Position numbers and translations under genes: made by a program
Part shown: positions 26,353 to 32,000 of the stretch, one piece after another
How the letters are laid out: each line of letters begins with the position of its first letter
Numbering within the stretch: position 1 is the stretch's first letter
The notes under the pieces: generated by a model
The model's input: only the letters and a program-made list of their open reading frames with translations
Database searches by the model: none
Told to the model about the DNA's origin: nothing
Assembly (NCBI RefSeq): GCF_014280175.1
Contig: NZ_CP047931.1
Location: forward strand, 1,320,001-1,352,000
DNA length: 32,000 nucleotides
Reading direction: 5' to 3'
DNA from: Synechococcus sp. A15-28
Lineage (GTDB): Bacteria > Cyanobacteriota > Cyanobacteriia > PCC-6307 > Cyanobiaceae

Positions 26353-27750
26353 TCAGCGCTTCCGCCTGGAATCGATCTGAAGCAGGTCCTGGACCTTCTG
26401 CACCTGACCCGCCAGCTGGGGATCGCTGGCCAGCTTCTTCTCCACCTGTTCAATGGCGTACATCACAGTGGTGTGGTCCTTGCCGCCGAAGGTGTCACCG
26501 ATGCGCGGCAAACTCAGATCCGTGCCCTTCCGCATCAGATACATCCCCACCTGACGGGCCTGGCTGACGGCACGGCGGCGGGTGCTGCTGAGCATCTCCT
26601 CAGCGGTGACATCAAACACCTCCGACACCTTGTCGATCACCTGTTGGGGTGTGACCTCAACACCTTGTCCTGTCGGATCGAGCATCGGCGCCACCGACTC
26701 CACCGTCATCGGCAGACCGGTGATCGAAGCGAAGGCCACCGCACGGGTCAGGGCCCCCTCAAGCTCCCGTATGTTCGAGGTGAAGCGCCCCGCCAGGTAG
26801 TGGATCAGATCCCGTGGCAGGGCCATGCGCTCCTGCTCCGCCTTCTTCTGAAGGATCGCCATGCGGGTCTCGAGATCGGGGGCCTGGATATCAGCGATCA
26901 GTCCCATCTGGAACCGGGAGATCAGGCGCTGCTGCAAGCGGGGAATCTGACTGGGGGGCCGGTCACTGGCGATCACCACCTGTTTGCCGGCTTCATGCAG
27001 GGCGTTGAAGGTGTGAAAGAACTCCTCCTGGGTGTATTCCTTGCCTTCAATGAACTGGATGTCATCCACCAGCAGCAGATCTGCAGCGCGGTAGCGGTCC
27101 CGGAAGGCCTTCATGCCGTCCTTGCGGATGCTGTCGATCAGGTCATTGGTGAAGGTTTCGGTGGAGACGTAGGAGACCCGGGCTGAAGAGTCGATCTCCA
27201 GCCGGTAGTGGCCGATGGCCTGCATCAGGTGGGTCTTCCCCAGGCCGACACCACCACAGATGAACAGGGGGTTGAATTCACGGCCGGGGGCTTCTGCCAC
27301 CGCCAGGGCAGCCGCATGGGCCATACGGCTGTTCGGACCGACCACGAAGCGGCCGAACACATAACGGGGGTTCAGCCCCGGCAACACCCTGCGCGGTGAC
27401 CGCGCCGGTGCTGATTCCCTGGGGGCCGCCGACTCGCCTGGGGCCGAGGCGGGCTCCGGGGGTTCAGCGTGCTCGCCCGTGGAGGCTGACGACACGACGG
27501 CGGACTCGGCCAGAACCACCACCTGCACGGGACCACCGCAGGCCTCGCTGGCCAACTGGGTGATCGAGGGCAGCAACTGCTCCCTCAGCCTGACGCCGGC
27601 GAAGGGATTCGGAGCCAGGAGGCGCAGCTCCCCATTGGAAAAATCGCTGCAGGCCGTGGGCCGGATGAAGGTCTCGAAGGTGGGCTTGCTCAGCTTGCCC
27701 TGCAGCCCCTCACGCACCTTGCTCCAGAGCTCCTCGCCCGTCAGCACCAC
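26353..27750 (-). CDS. dnaA: Chromosomal replication initiator protein DnaA
   Basis: Walker [11 protein letters not shown], Walker [10 protein letters not shown], a C-terminal DNA-binding domain [46 protein letters not shown], and a Pro/Ala/Glu/Ser-rich domain II linker. GTG start. Confidence 0.95.
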   Translation of the reverse strand: MVLTGEELWSKVREGLQGKLSKPTFETFIRPTACSDFSNGELRLLAPNPFAGVRLREQLLPSITQLASEACGGPVQVVVLAESAVVSSASTGEHAEPPEPASAPGESAAPRESAPARSPRRVLPGLNPRYVFGRFVVGPNSRMAHAAALAVAEAPGREFNPLFICGGVGLGKTHLMQAIGHYRLEIDSSARVSYVSTETFTNDLIDSIRKDGMKAFRDRYRAADLLLVDDIQFIEGKEYTQEEFFHTFNALHEAGKQVVIASDRPPSQIPRLQQRLISRFQMGLIADIQAPDLETRMAILQKKAEQERMALPRDLIHYLAGRFTSNIRELEGALTRAVAFASITGLPMTVESVAPMLDPTGQGVEVTPQQVIDKVSEVFDVTAEEMLSSTRRRAVSQARQVGMYLMRKGTDLSLPRIGDTFGGKDHTTVMYAIEQVEKKLASDPQLAGQVQKVQDLLQIDSRRKR

Positions 27751-27831
27751 AACGTCATCATCTGAATGCCGAATCTACGCACGTTGCTCGGAACAGTCCG
27801 CTTTAAATGAATCAGCAGACACCATGCATTG

Positions 27832-28962
27832 ATGCCGCCTTCGCTGCGTCTGATCGGGTTCACCCTGATCGCCACCGGCCTGAGCTCCTGCAGCCTGCTC
27901 AGAAATCTGAGCGGAGGATCGGAAGCACCCAAGGTGGCACCACCGCCTGTGGTGCACGATCAGCCGCGTTCCGCCCCCCTGCAGCCCGGTCAGAACGTGA
28001 TCGTCAAAGCCGTCGAGCGGGTCGGGCCTTCGGTGGTGCGGATCGACACGGAGAAAAACATCAACAACCCGATGGGTCAGCTGTTCGGCCTTGGCCCTTC
28101 CACCCAGCGACAGCAGGGCCAGGGATCGGGATTCATCACCCGAGCCAACGGCCTGATCTTCACCAACGAGCATGTGGTGCGCGGAGCGGATCGGGTCAAT
28201 GTGACCCTGCCCGACGGGCGCCGTTTCCAAGGCACGGTCCTGGGCGGCGATCCACTGACGGATGTGGCCGTCGTGAAGGTGGTGGCTGAAAATCTGCCGG
28301 TGGCGAGCCTCGGCAATTCCGACCAGCTGCGGCCAGGGGAATGGGCCATCGCCATCGGGAATCCCTTCGGCCTGAACAACACCGTCACCGCCGGCATCAT
28401 CAGTGCCGTCGATCGGACCGATGCAAACATCGGCGAAGGGCAGCGGGTGCCCTACATCCAGACAGACGCCGCCGTCAATCCCGGCAACAGCGGGGGACCC
28501 CTGATCAGCGCCGCCGGTGAGGTGATCGGCATGAACACGGCCATCCGCAAGGCCCCAGGGGCTGGGCTGAGCTTCGCGGTGCCCATCAACCTCGCCAAAC
28601 GGATCGCTCAGCAGATCGTCAGCACCGGGCAGGCCTCCCATCCCTTCATCGGTGTGCAGCTGCGCAGCCTCACGCCTCAACTGGCGCGGGAGATCAACGC
28701 CACCAGCACCCGCTGCACCGTGCCCGTTGTGAACGGTGTTCTGGTGGTGGATGTGGTCCCCGACACCCCGGCTGAAGCCGCAGGGATCCGCCAATGCGAT
28801 CTGATCCGGGCCGTGAATGGAACCACCGTGGAGAACCCTTCGGAAGTGCAACTGGCCGTGGACCGGGGCAGCGTGGGACAACCGATGCAGATCACGATCG
28901 AACGCAACGGACTGGAGCAAAGCCTGGAGGTTCTGCCCAAGGAACTGCCGCGGCGGCGTTGA
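27832..28962 (+). CDS. HtrA/Deg-family serine protease with a PDZ domain
   Basis: Signal/lipobox-like N-terminus. Catalytic triad contexts TNEHVV, DVAVVKV and GNSGGPL. The C-terminal PDZ domain contains VVDVVPDTPAEAAGIRQCDLI. Confidence 0.9.
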   Translation: MPPSLRLIGFTLIATGLSSCSLLRNLSGGSEAPKVAPPPVVHDQPRSAPLQPGQNVIVKAVERVGPSVVRIDTEKNINNPMGQLFGLGPSTQRQQGQGSGFITRANGLIFTNEHVVRGADRVNVTLPDGRRFQGTVLGGDPLTDVAVVKVVAENLPVASLGNSDQLRPGEWAIAIGNPFGLNNTVTAGIISAVDRTDANIGEGQRVPYIQTDAAVNPGNSGGPLISAAGEVIGMNTAIRKAPGAGLSFAVPINLAKRIAQQIVSTGQASHPFIGVQLRSLTPQLAREINATSTRCTVPVVNGVLVVDVVPDTPAEAAGIRQCDLIRAVNGTTVENPSEVQLAVDRGSVGQPMQITIERNGLEQSLEVLPKELPRRR

Positions 28963-28963
28963 G

Positions 28964-29623
28964 GTGGTCCCATCTGCCGCCCTGGTGCTGATGGCCCGCT
29001 GGCCAGCGCCAGGGCGCTGCAAACGGCGGCTGGCGGCAGACCTGCACTCGGAGCTGGGGCTCAACAACGGCGATGAACGCAGTGCCCGCCTGCAAGCCCG
29101 CCTCACGGATCACACCTTCGCGGTGGCCCGAGCCCTGCATCGACAGGCAGATGTCACCCCTGTGTTGGCCGTCAGCGGACTGGGTCCCGGCCATGCCAGG
29201 CGGTGGGGACGGCAACAGGGCATTGACACAGTCCGCCTGCAGGGCGAGGGCAACCTCGGAACGCGGATCAGACGACAACTGCTGCCCCTGCGTCGTCACC
29301 GCATGCCTGTACTTGTGGTGGGCAGCGACCTGCCTGACGTCCATCAACGTGACCTGCTGATGGCATTGGAGAACCTTCAAAGCCATGACCTCGTGCTGGG
29401 GCCCGCCGCTGATGGGGGCTACTGGTTGATCGCTCTGTCAGCGGACCTGATGCAGACCCCAGCGCGATGGCCGCTGGCCGGCATCCCCTGGGGCAGCGAC
29501 GACGTGTGTCGCTCCACGCTGGAATACGCCCATCATTTCAACCTCTCCGTGGCCCTGCTGCATCAGCAGCAGGATCTCGATCACCTGCGTGACCTCAACC
29601 GATGGCAGGGCTGTCGATCCTGA
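28964..29623 (+). CDS. DUF2064-family nucleotidyltransferase-like protein (TIGR04282-like 'transferase 1')
   Basis: LVLMARWPAPGRCKRRLA, QGEGNLGTRI, VLVVGSDLPDV, LGPAADGGYWLIAL and IPWGSDDV follow the DUF2064 pattern. The likely GTG start at 28964 is 1 nt after the htrA-like stop (alternative ATG at 28991). Confidence 0.68.
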   Translation: MVPSAALVLMARWPAPGRCKRRLAADLHSELGLNNGDERSARLQARLTDHTFAVARALHRQADVTPVLAVSGLGPGHARRWGRQQGIDTVRLQGEGNLGTRIRRQLLPLRRHRMPVLVVGSDLPDVHQRDLLMALENLQSHDLVLGPAADGGYWLIALSADLMQTPARWPLAGIPWGSDDVCRSTLEYAHHFNLSVALLHQQQDLDHLRDLNRWQGCRS

Positions 29624-30288
29624 TCCCAACGCTGAACGAAGGGCGTCGGCTTCCATTGCTGCTGGCCGATCTGGCCCGCTGGCCCCATGGGCTCCAGGTG
29701 ATTGTCATCGATGGAGGCAGCCAGGATCAAACGACAGCTGTGGCCGACCTGGCCGGCGTCAAGACACTGACCAGCCCTGAACGGGGGCGGGGGCAGCAAC
29801 TGATCCATGGGATGGCCGCTGCCCGCCATGACTGGACCCTGGTGCTCCATGCCGACAGCCGCCTGCCGCACCGCTGGTGCAGCGCTGTCCAACGGGTGAT
29901 CGATCACCCCCATGCAGCCAGCGATGCCTGGTACTTCGACTTCCGGGTGGAAGCCCGGGGGCCGATGCTGTGGCTGCTGGAGCGCTGCGTCGCCCTGCGC
30001 AGTGGACTGGGTCAGCGGCCCTACGGCGACCAGGGACTGCTGATCCACCGCACGCTCTACACAGCCAGCTGTGGTTACCGGCCGATCCCGTTGATGGAGG
30101 ATCTGGACCTGGTGGAGCGGATTGCACGCACCCACAGGTTGAGACGACTTGGCTGCCCATTGGTCACCAGCAACCGCCGCTGGCAGGAGCAGGGGGTGAT
30201 CAGCAGGGCCTGGCACAACTGGATGCTGCGACGCCGTTGGTACCAAGGCATTGCCGCTGATCAACTGGCTGGTGACTACAACCCCTGA
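29602..30288 (+). CDS. Family-2 glycosyltransferase (TIGR04283-like 'transferase 2')
   Basis: LSILIPTLNE, VIVIDGGSQDQT, GRGQQLIHGMAAA, LVLHADSRLP, YGDQGLLIHR, PLMEDLDLVERI and VTSNRRW. The ATG overlaps the preceding gene by 22 nt. Confidence 0.75.
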   Translation: MAGLSILIPTLNEGRRLPLLLADLARWPHGLQVIVIDGGSQDQTTAVADLAGVKTLTSPERGRGQQLIHGMAAARHDWTLVLHADSRLPHRWCSAVQRVIDHPHAASDAWYFDFRVEARGPMLWLLERCVALRSGLGQRPYGDQGLLIHRTLYTASCGYRPIPLMEDLDLVERIARTHRLRRLGCPLVTSNRRWQEQGVISRAWHNWMLRRRWYQGIAADQLAGDYNP

Positions 30289-30300
30289 GCGTAACTGCGA

Positions 30301-30804
30301 TCAACTGGCGTACCAGAACGCACAGCGATGCTGCTGCGGCTCCAGCTCCCAGCCCTGGCGTTGGTAGAAATTCACCACACCTGGATCAGCGAACAGGCTC
30401 ACCCGTTCGGTGCCCATGGCCTCCAGAGCCTCCAGCACATAAACCATCAGCTGACTGCCCAGGCCACTGCCCTGGTAAAGCGGATGGACAGCCACATCCC
30501 AGACCGTGGCTTCAAACACACCGTCACCGGTGCAACGGGCAAAACCCACCAGGCGAGGAATGCGGGGATCATGCCGCCACAGGCCGACGGTGAGCAGGCT
30601 GTTGGCCAGGGCTTTGCGCACCCGGCGCACCGGCCGCCGACTCCAACCCACCGCTTCCAGCAACTGCTCCAGCTCCACCAGGTCAAAGGGGTGCCGTTGG
30701 CTGAACACCAGGGTGAGTTGATCGTTGGCACAGGAACAGAGACGTGCCTCCTCGCCGTACTGCTCGAGCAGCGGCGCTGCGGGAAGGTCGAGGGGGGAGG
30801 TCAT
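30301..30804 (-). CDS. GNAT-family N-acetyltransferase
   Basis: Acetyl-CoA-binding core VWDVAVHPLYQGSGLGSQLMVYVLEAL plus FYQRQGWE. The ATG at 30802-30804 shares one base with the upstream ABC exporter stop (TGATG). Confidence 0.8.
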   Translation of the reverse strand: MTSPLDLPAAPLLEQYGEEARLCSCANDQLTLVFSQRHPFDLVELEQLLEAVGWSRRPVRRVRKALANSLLTVGLWRHDPRIPRLVGFARCTGDGVFEATVWDVAVHPLYQGSGLGSQLMVYVLEALEAMGTERVSLFADPGVVNFYQRQGWELEPQQHRCAFWYAS

Positions 30805-32000
30805 CACAGGCGCGCCAATCCCTTTTCCTGCAGATCCGCCAGCTGGGCATAGAGCCCACCTTTGGCCCTCAGCTCCCCGTGGGTGCCCTGTTCGATCAGG
30901 TGGCCACGGCGCAACACCAGAATCCGATCCGAGGCCTCCACCGTCGCCAGGCGGTGGGCGATCACCACAGCCGTGCGTTTCTGCAGCAGGCGGTCAAGAT
31001 CACGCTGCAGGGTGGCCTCGGTGGAGGGATCCATGAAAGCGGTGGCCTCATCCATCACCAGCACCGTGGGGTTGCGGATAGCGACCCGGGCGACCGCCAG
31101 CAACTGGCGTTCGCCCGAGGACAGATTTCCACCCCGTTCCCGCAACTCCGTCTCCAAACCGCTGGGCAGACGCTGCAACAGGTCGTTCAGGCCCAGATCA
31201 CGGCAGATCCCAGCCAGCTGCTGGTCGCTGATGTCGGCATTGAGCCGCAGGTTGTCGGCCACATTGCCGCTGAACAGGAAGGTGTCCTGCAGCACAACCC
31301 CCAGCTGACGGCGCAGATCAGCAATGGGGATGGAGCGGATGTCGCGTCCGTCCAGAAGAATCCGGCCCTGCTGAGGTTCGTACAACCGGCAGAGCAGACG
31401 GATCACGGTGGTTTTGCCGGATCCCGTCGGCCCGACCAAGGCCACGTGCTCGCCGGGAGCGATCCGGAAGGAGAGATTGCTCAGGATGGGCTCATCCGGC
31501 CGGTAGCTGAAGCTGACGTTTTCAAAGATCACCTCCCCCTGCCCGGCGGTGGTAAGCGGAGTGGCCTCAGGATCTTCGACGATCTCCAGGGGCTGCTCCA
31601 TCAGTTCACCGATGCGCTCCACCGCCGTCAGACCACCCTGGATCTGGGTGAAGCGTTCCGCCAGCTGCCGCAATGGATCAAACAAACGCTGCGAATAGAG
31701 GATGAAGGTGGTGAGGATTCCAAGGCCCATGGACCCCGATGTCACCATCCATCCACCCAGAGCCAGCACCAGGGCCACGGCTCCCAGGGACACCCATTCG
31801 AGAAAGGCGGAGATGCTGCTGTCGAAGAAAATGGTGCCGTTCACCGCACGCCGATAGGCGGAACCCGTGCGCTGAAAGCGCTCGCCGTTCACCGCCTCGC
31901 GCCGGAACATCTGGACCACATCCAGGCCCTGAAGGTTTTCCTGAAAGTCGGCGTTCAGCTGGGACAGCTCCTCACGAACCCGGTAATTGGCCTTGCGGTA
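30804..32000 (-). CDS. ABC exporter, fused permease/ATPase (type I, MsbA-like), N-terminus beyond the window
   Basis: The reading frame is open to nt 32000 (YRKANYRVREELSQLNADFQENLQG...). Walker A GPTGSGKTT, signature LSSGERQ, Walker B VLVMDEAT, and H-loop VVIAHRL. Confidence 0.9.
   Translation of the reverse strand, partial: YRKANYRVREELSQLNADFQENLQGLDVVQMFRREAVNGERFQRTGSAYRRAVNGTIFFDSSISAFLEWVSLGAVALVLALGGWMVTSGSMGLGILTTFILYSQRLFDPLRQLAERFTQIQGGLTAVERIGELMEQPLEIVEDPEATPLTTAGQGEVIFENVSFSYRPDEPILSNLSFRIAPGEHVALVGPTGSGKTTVIRLLCRLYEPQQGRILLDGRDIRSIPIADLRRQLGVVLQDTFLFSGNVADNLRLNADISDQQLAGICRDLGLNDLLQRLPSGLETELRERGGNLSSGERQLLAVARVAIRNPTVLVMDEATAFMDPSTEATLQRDLDRLLQKRTAVVIAHRLATVEASDRILVLRRGHLIEQGTHGELRAKGGLYAQLADLQEKGLARL

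Noticed and set aside
27751-27831. oriC / DnaA-box cluster next to dnaA
   Set aside because: The dnaA to htrA-like spacer is only about 80 nt and contains no TTATCCACA-like boxes. The only near-match I noticed (TCATCCACA, 16150-16158) is isolated. Cyanobacterial origins are often elsewhere, for example near dnaN.
27775-29106. 443-aa ORF antisense to the htrA-like gene
   Set aside because: Same mirror-ORF artefact: Arg/Gly/His/Asp-rich junk with no domain signatures, opposite a gene with a clear catalytic triad.
3181-29623. Upstream-extended versions of several ORF-track entries
   Set aside because: The entries are 3181 for hisIE, 9962 for YciI-like, 19930 for ctaEII, 25474 for ParB-like, 28817 for DUF2064 and 16241 for DUF2231-A. 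The extensions overlap neighbouring well-supported genes and add non-homologous residues. Downstream in-frame ATG or GTG codons give N-termini that match the family patterns.
924-30852. Other long shadow ORFs
   Set aside because: The ORFs in question are 924..1568-, 2553..3323+, 11572..12189+, 13168..13944+, 16711..17343-, 20948..21589-, 25396..26196-, 26473..27186+, 29581..30264- and 30328..30852+. Each lies opposite, or out of frame with, a confidently identified gene. One even spans the tRNA. All have Arg/His/Gly/Pro-rich composition.
1-32000. Mobile elements, prophage, CRISPR arrays and defence islands
   Set aside because: I found no transposase, integrase, Cas, restriction-modification or toxin-antitoxin-like ORFs. 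There are no direct-repeat arrays and, apart from the short 5870-5996 promoter region, no compositional break.

Overview
GC-rich, very tightly packed chromosomal segment. Its gene content (ndhL, cyAbrB, cytochrome c6-like, BicA-type SulP, an ARTO-type oxidase, a Nif11-domain protein, DUF3007/DUF2214) fits a marine picocyanobacterium of the Synechococcus type. I call about 43 protein genes (clpB and an ABC exporter are cut by the window edges), one tRNA-Leu(UAA), one clear intrinsic terminator and one AT-rich promoter region. I see no rRNA, CRISPR, transposase, integrase, phage or recognisable defence genes, so this looks like core genome rather than an island. The best candidate for an undescribed system is a six-gene, translationally coupled unit (16268-22120). 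It encodes two paralogous DUF2231 membrane proteins with four conserved His each, a CuA-less haem-copper oxidase (ctaCII/DII/EII, ARTO type) and a signal-less GMC flavoprotein, and may form a self-contained substrate-to-O2 respiratory branch. Secondary leads are an overlapping DUF2064 plus GT2 transferase pair that resembles the orphan rSAM/selenodomain-associated pathway, a cluster of unknowns led by an alternative sigma factor, an MIP channel lacking the conserved Arg after its second NPA, and a Nif11-cupin fusion. All family assignments rest on motif recognition by eye; no searches were run, so novelty is unproven.
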